Positions 1-8,979 of a DNA stretch of 40,689 nt are shown here, in pieces. The stretch lies in the IMG/VR virus record IMGVR_UViG_3300045988_019236, positions 1 through 40,689 of that record; one strand, 5' to 3'. How positions within the stretch are numbered: position 1 is the stretch's first letter; each line of letters opens with the position of its first letter. The position numbers and the translations under genes are program-made. Source of the stretch: a virus. The notes beneath the pieces were generated by a model. That model was given only the letters and a program-made list of their open reading frames with translations. It did not search any database and was not told the DNA's origin.

Positions 1-58
1 CACGGTCTACGGTCTGGCCGGATGCGGTATTAAACTCTAAATCTGCCATTATTTCACC
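1..58. repeat. 58-bp terminal direct repeat, identical to 40632..40689 (circular assembly overlap)
   Basis: Exact string match by eye: cacggtctacggtctggccggatgcggtattaaactctaaatctgccattatttcacc occurs at both ends. Confidence 0.95.
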
Positions 59-494
59 TCATAAATCGTTTTTTGAATTGAACGGACAGCTGTACCATGT
101 ACATTGCCGTCCCTTCTTCGTCTGCACCGTACAGAACGCCGTTCTGCGCGGTGATTTTCTCCGCCCTCGGGTCATCCCCAAAGGTGGGGGCATTGCCCAT
201 AACGGACATTTTCTGCACCCACTCCTGAAAGTCCATGACCCAGCCCGCATTTTCAGACGCTCCGGTATCATCCCCCGGGGACTTCTCGAACACGTAGTAC
301 AGCCCGAAATTGTACTGATTGATTACGGTTGTGTTCCCAAGGATATCCCGTGTTCTGGAAACCTCCACAAGCCCGGAGGGGAAAACACCGCCGTTGAACG
401 GAATTTGGTCGGTGTAATCCACATGGAAGTCCCGGAAGATATCCGCGCCGGGGTACTGTCCGAGAAAGTCCTTGATTTTTTCCAGCGCCGTCAT
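54..494 (-). CDS. Head-tail joining / tail-terminator-like protein ('minor capsid' family of Sfi11/A118-like phages)
   Basis: 146-aa ORF. It is the last gene before the major tail gene, which lies across the circular junction. It has a 4-nt ATGA overlap with 491..946. Confidence 0.6.
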   Translation of the reverse strand: MTALEKIKDFLGQYPGADIFRDFHVDYTDQIPFNGGVFPSGLVEVSRTRDILGNTTVINQYNFGLYYVFEKSPGDDTGASENAGWVMDFQEWVQKMSVMGNAPTFGDDPRAEKITAQNGVLYGADEEGTAMYMVQLSVQFKKRFMR

Positions 495-946
495 ATTCCG
501 CTCCTCCTGTTGATATAAGCCTGTAGGTCGTGCGCAATTTGGTCTTTCTCTGCCGCCATCATGCGTCTGTCCCAGAACGGTCCCGCCTGCTGGTTCTTGG
601 TGGTGTCATAGTTCAAATCCCGATCAGTCGCTCTCAGCACGGTTCCTTTTCTGTACCGGTATCCAACTCCCGGAATGAAAGCGGGGCCTTTCCCGGTTTT
701 GGCATTTACCATGACTTTGCCGTAGTACTGATACCGGGCGTATGGTGCCATAACCGTGATCTCTGTCGGGCTTGAAATATACTTAAGCTTCGTGGAAAGC
801 ACACCGGTTCGGAACGGCATGTACCGCGTTATCCGCTTGTTCACTATCCGGGTAAGCTGCATCTGCACATCGCCGGTTTTATTGACGCCAAGCCTTGTGA
901 GAATGGTGTCGACGGGTTTCATATCAACCCTTATCCGTGTTTTCAT
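491..946 (-). CDS. Head-tail joining (neck) protein, 'minor capsid protein' family
   Basis: 151-aa ORF coupled to both neighbours by overlaps. The call rests on its position in the head-tail connector block and on sequence resemblance, recalled from memory, to Firmicutes phage minor capsid/neck proteins. Confidence 0.6.
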   Translation of the reverse strand: MKTRIRVDMKPVDTILTRLGVNKTGDVQMQLTRIVNKRITRYMPFRTGVLSTKLKYISSPTEITVMAPYARYQYYGKVMVNAKTGKGPAFIPGVGYRYRKGTVLRATDRDLNYDTTKNQQAGPFWDRRMMAAEKDQIAHDLQAYINRRSGI

Positions 947-1311
947 CCGCCCGCCTCCACATGAACCAACTTGCCGCCCCAGTATTTTGGGTCAACGTAC
1001 TTCACAACAACCAGCCCGGGAACCTTCACCGGAATGAAGGACGGCCACTGCGCCGCCGTGATTTCCCCCCCGGCACCCAGCAGCACCTTATCCTCCGGAT
1101 AAACGCATACCTCTGAGCAGGGAATGACCAGCAGAAAGGAATTGACTTCCTTACTGCCGGTCTTGTCCACATTCTCGATTTTTTTGTAATCCAAAAAGGC
1201 TCTATCGTGTACTGTTCTGGTTACTTTGTCGCCGTCCCGGTGGTATACCGTGACCGCCTGATTGCACAGCCGGTAGTCTACGGGGCAGCTGCGGCGCTTG
1301 ATTCTCACCAT
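943..1311 (-). CDS. Head-closure / head-tail adaptor protein
   Basis: The track ORF 943..1320 starts at GTG. The ATG at 1311 has GGGGGTG 7 nt upstream and lies just after the TAG of 1314..1667. Confidence 0.5.
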   Translation of the reverse strand: MVRIKRRSCPVDYRLCNQAVTVYHRDGDKVTRTVHDRAFLDYKKIENVDKTGSKEVNSFLLVIPCSEVCVYPEDKVLLGAGGEITAAQWPSFIPVKVPGLVVVKYVDPKYWGGKLVHVEAGG

Positions 1312-1313
1312 AG

Positions 1314-1667
1314 CTAGCACCCCCGGTAGATATCGAGATACAGGCAGGCGCAGCGATACAATTCCCGCGACTGCCCCTTGGCGCTGACATCAACACCGTT
1401 CCCGCTGCCATAGCTCACCGAAACGGAGCCGATAGACGCAGACTGAACAGCGCCGCCCTCACCGTTGGTAATCAGATCAAAGCCGTGAATAGCCTCCGCC
1501 ATGGCGCACACGGCAAGGGCTTCGGAGTTTTCCTCCGGTGCCTTTACCGTGTATATGCGCTTGTATCTTGCCAGCTGCGCCGCCGCACGGGCTTCACACG
1601 TGTTCCAGTCCTCTGCGGGGATAGCGTCGCCCCGAAAGCTGCTTATGTAAAAATCATAGTCAATCAT
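1314..1667 (-). CDS. Head-tail connector (gp6-like adaptor) protein
   Basis: 117-aa ORF directly downstream of the major capsid gene, the typical position and size for this function. Confidence 0.55.
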   Translation of the reverse strand: MIDYDFYISSFRGDAIPAEDWNTCEARAAAQLARYKRIYTVKAPEENSEALAVCAMAEAIHGFDLITNGEGGAVQSASIGSVSVSYGSGNGVDVSAKGQSRELYRCACLYLDIYRGC

Positions 1668-1685
1668 CAGGGCGTCTCCTTTCCG

Positions 1686-2681
1686 TTACGCGGTCTTGGG
1701 TTTCAGGATAATGCCGTTCAGCGCCGCCGCCTTGAGCGTGTTCTTAAGCACGACACCGGCCACCAGCTCCACTTCGCCCTTCTTCACAGCGCCGGGGGCT
1801 TTCAGATCGGGCATATAGCTGTTGATGACACCGGTTCCGGTGGGGGAAATGCCGTGGAAACCGTCCAGGGCGATATTCACAGCGTAGATGCTGGAAGTAC
1901 CGGCGGCGGTGGTGCTGGGGGTGGAGGTGTCGATGACATCCACAGACTTGGTGCCGTTGTAGTACATACCGGCGTCCATGATGGGGATATCGCCGAAGTA
2001 CTCCACAGCCCTGCCGAAGTCGTCCTTCTTGCGGTCGTAATACCCCGCACGGCGGGCAGCCGCCCGAACTTTCAGCAGCATGGCGGTGTTCATCAGCAGC
2101 AGAGACGCGCCGCCGTCCACCATGTGGGTCAGCTGATCAAGCTGGTCAACGAAAGCATTGGCGTTGCTGTCCAGCTTGGTGGAATCGGACAGGTCAATGT
2201 CCGTAGTGAACTCGTTGGAGGTGCCCGCCAGAGCCTTTCTCAGGCCGTCGAAGGTGTTCGCGACATACCCGGTGCCGGATGCGGCGGAGGTGCCGTTGAT
2301 CACCAGATTGTGGAAATAGTTGCTGGTTGCCTTGATCTTCTGCTGCGCCTGGAATGCCAGCTCATCAATGGCTCCGGAGGTGCTCTGAATCACACGGTCA
2401 ACCTGGAAGGAACCGCCCATGATAACGGCCTTGGCGGTCTTTTCCTCCCGCTTTGCCTCGCCTGCGGTGTATTCGCTGTTGATAGCACGGACAGCCGCAG
2501 TAGAGGGGGTTTTCAGCTGAATGTAGCCGTAGGTCAGAGTAGAACCGCCGGTACCGGGGGAAATGGCGTTATCAAACACCAGTCTGTCCAGCAGCAGAGA
2601 ACTGCGCCGGAACTCGTCGACCACTTGCTGATCGACCTTGTCGGCCATGCCGACCTTTGCTTCTGCAAGAGTAATTGCCAT
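1686..2681 (-). CDS. Major capsid protein
   Basis: 331-aa ORF (MAITLAEAKVG...) immediately after the scaffold gene, with the size and composition typical of Firmicutes siphophage major capsid proteins. The long plus-strand ORF 1485..2687 is its antisense shadow. Confidence 0.85.
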   Translation of the reverse strand: MAITLAEAKVGMADKVDQQVVDEFRRSSLLLDRLVFDNAISPGTGGSTLTYGYIQLKTPSTAAVRAINSEYTAGEAKREEKTAKAVIMGGSFQVDRVIQSTSGAIDELAFQAQQKIKATSNYFHNLVINGTSAASGTGYVANTFDGLRKALAGTSNEFTTDIDLSDSTKLDSNANAFVDQLDQLTHMVDGGASLLLMNTAMLLKVRAAARRAGYYDRKKDDFGRAVEYFGDIPIMDAGMYYNGTKSVDVIDTSTPSTTAAGTSSIYAVNIALDGFHGISPTGTGVINSYMPDLKAPGAVKKGEVELVAGVVLKNTLKAAALNGIILKPKTA

Positions 2682-2698
2682 AGTTAAAAATCATCCTT

Positions 2699-3256
2699 TC
2701 ACTTCATGTTGTAATTTGCCCTGAGCGCACCGGCGAGGGTCGTCGGTTCGCCGTTAGGCTCCTGCTGCCCTGTACCGGTCTTCCCGGCATAGGGGGGCGG
2801 CGTTTTGCCGTCATCGAACAAATAGCCGCTGTCCTTCCGGAGAGCCTCCAGAGCGGCCTTAATGTCCGTTTCCTGGTTCTTGCTACTTCTCAAAGTGTCG
2901 ATGTCCAGCAGCGCCCGGATCGCCTTGGTGCTTTTACCCTTTGCGCCGGTGATGGCGGCATCCAGGGCGTGGGAGAATTCCATATCCGCGATCTTCCGGT
3001 TGCTCTCGGCAATGGCATCGTTGTACTTCTTTTCCCAATCCTTGGCGGACTGCTTGATGGTATCGATGTCCTGCTCCTTAAAGCCGGAAATGGTCTTTTG
3101 CGCCTCACTCAGCTGGCTCTTGATGGTGTCATAGTCAGCAAAAGGTTTCTTAGCCGCTTCGATATCCCGGCCATTCTCTGCCATGATCTCGTCAATAATC
3201 TCCTTGCTCAGGGGCTGGTCTCCTACCTTGAAATTCTGCAAAAACTCGCGTTTCAT
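2699..3256 (-). CDS. Capsid scaffolding protein (GP20-like)
   Basis: 185-aa helical, charged protein (MKREFLQNFKVGDQPLSKEIIDEIMAENGRDIEAAK...) directly upstream of the major capsid gene. Confidence 0.8.
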   Translation of the reverse strand: MKREFLQNFKVGDQPLSKEIIDEIMAENGRDIEAAKKPFADYDTIKSQLSEAQKTISGFKEQDIDTIKQSAKDWEKKYNDAIAESNRKIADMEFSHALDAAITGAKGKSTKAIRALLDIDTLRSSKNQETDIKAALEALRKDSGYLFDDGKTPPPYAGKTGTGQQEPNGEPTTLAGALRANYNMK

Positions 3257-3344
3257 ATACTTCCTTTCTCAGCTATGCTTTGTTATATGGGGGTTGCGTC
3301 CCCTGCTGTCGGCTTGTTTTACGCCTGCCACGGCAAAAATGGTA

Positions 3345-3382
3345 TGAAAAAAGCAACCGTTCGGAAAACCCGAATAGTTGCT
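3345..3382 (-). terminator. Rho-independent terminator after the MuF / small-ORF unit
   Basis: Minus strand reads AGCAACTATTCGG-gtttt-CCGAACGGTTGCT followed by TTTTTT. It starts 1 nt after the stop codon of 3383..3604. Confidence 0.6.
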
Positions 3383-3568
3383 TCAATCAACTTGATTATA
3401 GTGGCACTTCCCATCGTGCCATGCGCCGCACCGCTCCTTCACGCATTCTATGAATTCTGCGGTGTTGTGTTCTATCACCTGTTGTAAAGTCTGGTTGCCG
3501 ATTTCGTCGTACTCCTGCGTCGTCTGCTGAACCAGATGCCTGTTCACTGTATAGGGGCAGTACACCAT
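3383..3568 (-). CDS. Small Cys-containing hypothetical protein (candidate immunity/accessory protein)
   Basis: The track ORF is 3383..3604. The ATG at 3568 has AAGGAG 9 nt upstream, whereas the ATG at 3604 has no RBS. A terminator follows the gene. Confidence 0.5.
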   Translation of the reverse strand: MVYCPYTVNRHLVQQTTQEYDEIGNQTLQQVIEHNTAEFIECVKERCGAWHDGKCHYNQVD

Positions 3569-3624
3569 GTGTGTCATCTCCTTTTCGCAAGAAAAGAGAG
3601 CCATGTTCCCATAGCTCTATCGGC

Positions 3625-3867
3625 TTATCCGTATATTGCTTTTCTAAGGGTTCCTGCCGCATCATCCTCGACGATTTCAAATTTTCCGCCGGGGTGGTCA
3701 GGGTTTGCAATGGGGCGAGGTTTGTGTGGGTCGTAGAGATAATCTTCGCCGCTGTCATCAACAATTTGAAGTGCGCCAGAATCAGCGTCGCAGGAAAGAA
3801 TCTCATATTCCTTCCCGTCCGACAAACCATCAATTCCAAAGCTCTTACCTATGTATCGAACACGCAT
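3625..3867 (-). CDS. Small acidic hypothetical protein (candidate immunity protein for the MuF C-terminal domain)
   Basis: 80-aa ORF starting 3 nt after the MuF stop codon. AAGGGG lies upstream. The protein is rich in D/E. Confidence 0.6.
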   Translation of the reverse strand: MRVRYIGKSFGIDGLSDGKEYEILSCDADSGALQIVDDSGEDYLYDPHKPRPIANPDHPGGKFEIVEDDAAGTLRKAIYG

Positions 3868-3870
3868 ATA

Positions 3871-5406
3871 TTATTTTGCCCCTTTCAGTTTAATTTCATC
3901 AAGCGGAACACCCTTGGTATTCTCGTACCAGTGTACCACATAGTGATGGCTCTTTGCATATACCGTCCCGGATTTCTTCTTCCAGCCGCTTGCGTCCCCA
4001 TAGTCAGGGTATGTAGCATACAGGCGCTTCAAATCCCGAATTGGCGTGCTTGTCCCGTCACCGGCCATTGTGTACACCTCAACCGCCGTAGCGCCCTTTG
4101 GTACAACTCCTTGGATTTTAGGAAGGTTTACAGTCACAGTATGAGGAATTACGGTATCTGCTTCCTGCAACTTTTTCGGCAATCCGGATTCCGCCTTGAT
4201 TGTAGCATCGTTGTTGATAAATTGCAAGTTTTTCTCATTGCTTTCTGCCGTCTTTTCCGCAGCCATGGCCTGTTTTGCGCCGAACCCGGGCATTTCCATG
4301 CGCTCATGCTGCATCCGCAGCCCTGCCGCTTCGGAAAAGCGCTTATATTCCTGATCCAAAACCTGGTACTTGATCTGATCGCGCTGTAAGTTCTCTTTGT
4401 CCCCTGTGGCCTCATCAACCAGAATTCTGCGTTTCTGCTTCCGGATGGCGGATTCAAGCCGCCGCTGACGCTGGGTAGCCTCATACGTGGTGTAGTGCTT
4501 TCCGTCGTAGTCAATGCCTTTTTCGTTATCTTTCCTGAATTTGTCCAGTTCCTCCGGCGTGTATTGCGGAGAATCAACACCCAGAATAATCGGGAAAGCC
4601 GCATGGCCGCAGTTCAGCGTACCGATACGCCGCACAAGGGAGTTATTCAGTTTCTCGTATTCTGCGTCACTGTACTGCCTGCCCTGAATCGGCTCATGGT
4701 CGGGGGCGCTGGCCGCGTGAGCGGATATCTCCCAGCCGTCACAGCCGAAATCATCGTGGTTCTGCTGGCTGATCTGCTCCTGCATCAGCCCCAAGCCGCC
4801 CATAACGCTACGCCGGACAGCGGCTTCCATGGAGGTATGAACGCCGGCTTCATAGTCGATTGTGACAATCCCCTTTTCTGCCAGATTCCGGGTAGCCTCC
4901 CGGATAGCAGATGCATAATCCTGTGCCCCCGTCGAAACCTTCGTAAAGGCGAAATCGCAAGCCTGTCTGTAAGCGTCTGTAAGCCCCACAGCCTTCCCAT
5001 TTGGCATGACAGCACCCATTGTCTGGGTGATATTGCCCAGCTCAGAATCGGCAAGCTGCACCGCCGCAGACACAATCTGCTGCAAGACCTGATTGCTGCG
5101 GAATGGCAGCGACTGCACATAGGGGTGTTTCCGGATGTCATAACTGTATCCGGTTTCCCCGGCCTGTTCTATCAGCCGCCGAAGCTCCCGGTGGGATAGT
5201 TTCAGCCGCTTTCGAAGCTCCTTTTTTAACTGCCGCTGAGAAATACCCAACTGTTGAAGTCTCCACGTCTGATAAGCCGCCGTGCTGGTGAATTGGCCAG
5301 CTTCCGCAATTCGCCTTGCAATATCCTGAATCAGGAACTCTGTCACCGGGGCAATGAGCTGCTGTGCCTTATTTCCAAGGGCTTCAATCTGGTCAGCGGT
5401 CAGCAC
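3871..5406 (-). CDS. Minor capsid / head morphogenesis protein (MuF / SPP1 gp7-like, 'minor capsid protein 2' type) with a C-terminal extension of about 120 aa
   Basis: 511 aa, immediately downstream of the portal gene. The N-terminus reads MLTADQIEALGNKAQQLIAPVTEFLIQDIARRIAEAG and there is a central GWEISAHAASAPDHEPIQGRQY block. The tail from about aa 390 has no MuF-like features. Confidence 0.8.
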   Translation of the reverse strand: MLTADQIEALGNKAQQLIAPVTEFLIQDIARRIAEAGQFTSTAAYQTWRLQQLGISQRQLKKELRKRLKLSHRELRRLIEQAGETGYSYDIRKHPYVQSLPFRSNQVLQQIVSAAVQLADSELGNITQTMGAVMPNGKAVGLTDAYRQACDFAFTKVSTGAQDYASAIREATRNLAEKGIVTIDYEAGVHTSMEAAVRRSVMGGLGLMQEQISQQNHDDFGCDGWEISAHAASAPDHEPIQGRQYSDAEYEKLNNSLVRRIGTLNCGHAAFPIILGVDSPQYTPEELDKFRKDNEKGIDYDGKHYTTYEATQRQRRLESAIRKQKRRILVDEATGDKENLQRDQIKYQVLDQEYKRFSEAAGLRMQHERMEMPGFGAKQAMAAEKTAESNEKNLQFINNDATIKAESGLPKKLQEADTVIPHTVTVNLPKIQGVVPKGATAVEVYTMAGDGTSTPIRDLKRLYATYPDYGDASGWKKKSGTVYAKSHHYVVHWYENTKGVPLDEIKLKGAK

Positions 5407-5408
5407 AG

Positions 5409-6755
5409 TTATTCACCGTCCTCTACGACTTCCGGCATGTACTTCTTCCGAATTTTCGCTAACTGTGCTTCCGTATCCCGGGGCATGTTGAATTTCCACC
5501 CGAGTGCAATCTCAGGTTTCAGCAGCCCCGCCGCGACCATGTCTTTATAGTCAGCCCAGGTCTTTTCCTCATCGAACAGAACGCCGTTGCCCCAATCCAC
5601 GACAACGGAATCATCTTCCACGTCGTGGGCACCGGGTACGCGGTACATCCGCCCCAGAACGCCGCACAGCCTGACGGCCTCTCGCAGTGCGCTTTCCCAC
5701 ATCTGCTGAAAATCGATAATCGTCAGGTTGTAATCGCCCTCAGAGGACGTCACCTCGGTAGCCGTTCTTTCTGCGGCCTCCACCTCGGACAGCAGCCCGC
5801 GCTTTAAGCCTATCACGTTCTCCACATTCCGGAGATATTCCGTTTTTCTGGCAAGATATGACTGTTCCCGCAGCGCCGGGGAGAAAATAGTGATGCCTAT
5901 ATCGTCGGGGGATTCATCAACTGCGGTAAATACGCTTGCGGACAGGTTTTTCCGCCCGCCGACCTCGTCAACCTCCAGCATATCCGCGCTGGCAATAATC
6001 CGGCTTTTCCCACGCTCAAACTCTCCGTTGATCTGCGCCTCGTTCCGGTTGATATTTTCAATCAGGCCGACAGCCGCGTCATAAACGGATACCCCGTCGG
6101 GGCTCCCGTCCACACTGTTGTCAATCGGCGTTTTCAGCCATGCAACGCCGACGCTTCCCAGCGGCTCAGGGAACGTGTATTCTTCTGCGAGTTCCGCATA
6201 CTGTGGCAGCTCTGTAAGCGCCACAGTATGCCCCAAGCTGTTCTGGTCGTTCGACCGATACAGTCTGTTGGTAATGGTCAGATACCCGCTATCGTCCACC
6301 GTGCGCCGTTCCAACAGTGTGTAATAGAATCTGTCACGGATGCTGTGTGCTGCCATGCCGATGTCGGTCATATTCCCGTCCCCGTCCCGGCCAAATACTA
6401 GAATGTTTGGTCTGCTCACAACTGCGAAACGGAAACCGCTGCCCGTCGGGATAGGCTTTAAGCCGCTTTCTCCGCAGATTAAGGCTTTTTGCATGGCACT
6501 TTTCTTTTTCGCGTCTGCCGCATCGAGGATTTCGGAAACAAACGCGTCTTTGCTGGATGCCGAATACTCCGAAAATGCCGTCTTTGTCAGTTTACGGACG
6601 ATGGTATATGGAATCCGCTGGCACGGGTCATAATCCGGGGTCGCGGCCTTCTCATAATACAGATCCTGCCACCTCTGGATGGCCAATTTCATTTCCGGAG
6701 ATGTCATGTCAACGGCGCGAAACGCCATTTCATAATCACTGTTCGGATAAATCAC
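5409..6755 (-). CDS. Portal protein (SPP1 gp6-like)
   Basis: The track ORF is 5409..6797. The GTG at 6755 is preceded by AGGAGGAG with a 5-nt spacer. Size and position, between TerL and MuF, fit a portal. Confidence 0.85.
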   Translation of the reverse strand: MIYPNSDYEMAFRAVDMTSPEMKLAIQRWQDLYYEKAATPDYDPCQRIPYTIVRKLTKTAFSEYSASSKDAFVSEILDAADAKKKSAMQKALICGESGLKPIPTGSGFRFAVVSRPNILVFGRDGDGNMTDIGMAAHSIRDRFYYTLLERRTVDDSGYLTITNRLYRSNDQNSLGHTVALTELPQYAELAEEYTFPEPLGSVGVAWLKTPIDNSVDGSPDGVSVYDAAVGLIENINRNEAQINGEFERGKSRIIASADMLEVDEVGGRKNLSASVFTAVDESPDDIGITIFSPALREQSYLARKTEYLRNVENVIGLKRGLLSEVEAAERTATEVTSSEGDYNLTIIDFQQMWESALREAVRLCGVLGRMYRVPGAHDVEDDSVVVDWGNGVLFDEEKTWADYKDMVAAGLLKPEIALGWKFNMPRDTEAQLAKIRKKYMPEVVEDGE

Positions 6756-6957
6756 GCTTTTCTCCTCCTGCGTTGATCGTGATGCGCCGCAGCGCACGCG
6801 TGGCGTACTGCAATCCCTGTATATAGGCGTTCAAAGTATCCACTTCCGCCCGAAGCCGCCGATTTTCCGCTTCAAGCGTCCTGATATCGGCTTGCAGCGA
6901 CGCTTTCGCCCAGATAGGTGCCATATCCACGATCCATTTACGAATCCGTTTCCTCAT
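6736..6957 (-). CDS. Small coiled-coil protein between terminase and portal
   Basis: An internal ATG at 6957 within track ORF 6736..7041 has GGAGGA 7 nt upstream. The protein has a heptad-like sequence (LEAENRRLRAEVDTLNAYIQ). It overlaps both neighbours. Confidence 0.55.
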   Translation of the reverse strand: MRKRIRKWIVDMAPIWAKASLQADIRTLEAENRRLRAEVDTLNAYIQGLQYATRALRRITINAGGEKRDLSEQ

Positions 6958-8176
6958 CGCAAATTCCTCCAATAATCTTTCGTGCCTGGTGGTTTCTACG
7001 CATGACGGTCGCGCAGAAATACCGGATATCATCCATGGCATGATCGTTTTCCTTCACAGGCTTATCCACTTCTCCCTTGTCGTCCCAGCGGTACAGGCCA
7101 AATTCCCGAATCGCGTCCTTGCAGCCAGAGCCGATTTTGATAACACCAGCTTGGAGCATCATGGCCGTCAGGCGAATACCGTACATAACATCATTCTTCG
7201 CTTTCCTGACGGAGAAACGCTTGTGTGAGCGAATGCAGGCAATAAAAGAGGCCGCAGACGGGTCAACCACAATGTGTCGGATATCCCTGTCACCGGCTAG
7301 CTGTTCGATTGCCCGGTAGTATTCCTCATCCGTAAGCTGTCGTTGCTGTTCCCTGCCGGAATGATAAAATTCCGCAACCCGGACAGCAACGCCGTCTCTG
7401 ACGCACCACAGGCCAGCAGAGAATGGGTTCAGTGTTCCATAGTCACAGGATATATACCACTCTCCACATTCCGGCAAATCGTCCGTGACGTGCCTCTCTG
7501 GATCGAAGTCGTATACAATCCCATCGGCCAAGCACCACTCGCCCATAATGTACCGGCGGTAAAACACGCCTGTGTACATAGCCTCATATCTGGCAAGCGT
7601 TTTTTCTGAAAGTGACGGATTATCCGGCATTGTGAAATGCAGATACAGGGCGTTCCGCTCACTGCAACGCTTAATCCAGTTTACATAAAACCAGTGGTTG
7701 GGATTGTCCGGGTTGCAGGAAAACCACATCCGCGCCCCATCTACAGAGCATCTTGCAAGTGCCTGATTCACAAAACTTTCAGGCATGAGCGCCACTTCAT
7801 CCAGCAGAACACCGGCCAGTGTGCGCCCCTGAATCAGCATGAAGGAACTTTCATCCTTGCCGCCAAACACCTCGAACCAATTCACCACAGAGCCGCGCTT
7901 GACTTCCAGCAGCTTATCCGAGCGCCGCCAGCGGATTATGTACCGCTCTTTTGCGTAGCTCATTGAGATATAGGGAACGACAATATTCTTTGTGGCGGAA
8001 TCCACAGTTTTGCCGCAAATGCCGAAACGTTGCCCGCTGAACTCACGCATAGCCCAATCTATGAAAGCTACCATCATGATGGACGTTTTGCCGGATCGCA
8101 CAGCGCCATCACAAATCAGTGCATCGTAGTTAGTATATGGAAATGCAAGGATTTTTAATTGCTTCTGTGAAATCAT
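6938..8176 (-). CDS. terL: Terminase large subunit
   Basis: Walker A motif GAVRSGKTS near the N-terminus. The start MISQKQLKIL forms an ATGA overlap with the stop of 8173..8979. The track ORF extends to 8200. Confidence 0.9.
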   Translation of the reverse strand: MISQKQLKILAFPYTNYDALICDGAVRSGKTSIMMVAFIDWAMREFSGQRFGICGKTVDSATKNIVVPYISMSYAKERYIIRWRRSDKLLEVKRGSVVNWFEVFGGKDESSFMLIQGRTLAGVLLDEVALMPESFVNQALARCSVDGARMWFSCNPDNPNHWFYVNWIKRCSERNALYLHFTMPDNPSLSEKTLARYEAMYTGVFYRRYIMGEWCLADGIVYDFDPERHVTDDLPECGEWYISCDYGTLNPFSAGLWCVRDGVAVRVAEFYHSGREQQRQLTDEEYYRAIEQLAGDRDIRHIVVDPSAASFIACIRSHKRFSVRKAKNDVMYGIRLTAMMLQAGVIKIGSGCKDAIREFGLYRWDDKGEVDKPVKENDHAMDDIRYFCATVMRRNHQARKIIGGICDEETDS

Positions 8177-8979
8177 CCCAGCCCCCGGACAATCTCCCAC
8201 TCTCGCGGAGACAGCTCCCAGATTTGCGCGGCTACTCGTTCTGCGGCTGCTCGTTCTGCGGCTGCTCGTTCTGCGGCTGCTCGTTCCGAAAGAAGAAGCC
8301 CACAGCCGAAAACCGTTTTCCCCTGCTCCCGTTGCGCATCAAGTGCAGATATCAGAGTACATTCTCCACGCCGCACTTTCATATCAATGCCGTATTTGCT
8401 GTATTTTTGGAGCATTGCCGCGGTAAGAACGTGATCTGGATATGCGTACTTTGGAATTTCCCTTTTCGTTTCCGCCAGAGTTTTTTCCATGGCATCGGAG
8501 ATAGCCGCTCTAAGGCTTGACGCTGTTTGTGCGATTATATCGCCTCCATAGCTCGTTACAAATGCCGTTCGCACAGTGGCTCCGTTTTCGTATGTAATAT
8601 CGGCATCGCATATAATGTGATTCATGCGCATTGCCGTTTTTCGCCCAGAAAGTGCCGTGAGCGATGGGGCGAACAAAAAGAATGGGATACCGCGATCTAG
8701 GTAAAACTCGCAAATTTTGGTAAGTATAGAAAACGGCGGATTATCAAGGACAACTGCACCGCCCGAATAATCAAAGTGCTCATAGTCGCCGCCCGGGTAA
8801 AACGGGCGGACGATGCTTTCCGGATCAATGCCATATTCCGCGCAAGCCCATTTTTTCACAGCCTCATACACAAGCGGCGGCGTGTAGCAATCATCAGTCG
8901 TTTTCTTCGGCTTGAATTTTTCTATGAACGCGTCATATTCAGGATTATCCTGAAACAACGATATTTGATTATCCACCAT
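8173..8979 (-). CDS. DNA N6-adenine methyltransferase (DNPPF catalytic motif; Dam/EcoRI-methylase-like phage family)
   Basis: Contains DDCYTPP followed by VVLDNPPF. The gene is inserted between terS and terL. The C-terminus carries the pentapeptide repeat ERAAA x3 plus ERVAA. Confidence 0.7.
   Translation of the reverse strand: MVDNQISLFQDNPEYDAFIEKFKPKKTTDDCYTPPLVYEAVKKWACAEYGIDPESIVRPFYPGGDYEHFDYSGGAVVLDNPPFSILTKICEFYLDRGIPFFLFAPSLTALSGRKTAMRMNHIICDADITYENGATVRTAFVTSYGGDIIAQTASSLRAAISDAMEKTLAETKREIPKYAYPDHVLTAAMLQKYSKYGIDMKVRRGECTLISALDAQREQGKTVFGCGLLLSERAAAERAAAERAAAERVAAQIWELSPREWEIVRGLG
8228..8287. repeat. Four tandem 15-bp repeats (gcggctgctcgttct) inside the methyltransferase gene
   Basis: Units at 8228-8242, 8243-8257, 8258-8272 and 8273-8287, with 1 mismatch in the first and 1 in the last unit. 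They encode (ERAAA)n. Confidence 0.9.

Noticed and set aside
1485-2687. A 400-aa plus-strand ORF, the longest plus-strand ORF in the head region
   Set aside because: It lies exactly antisense to the major capsid and connector genes. The composition is Gly/His/Arg/Val-rich and low-complexity, there is no RBS, and it would break an otherwise continuous minus-strand operon. It is an antisense shadow ORF.
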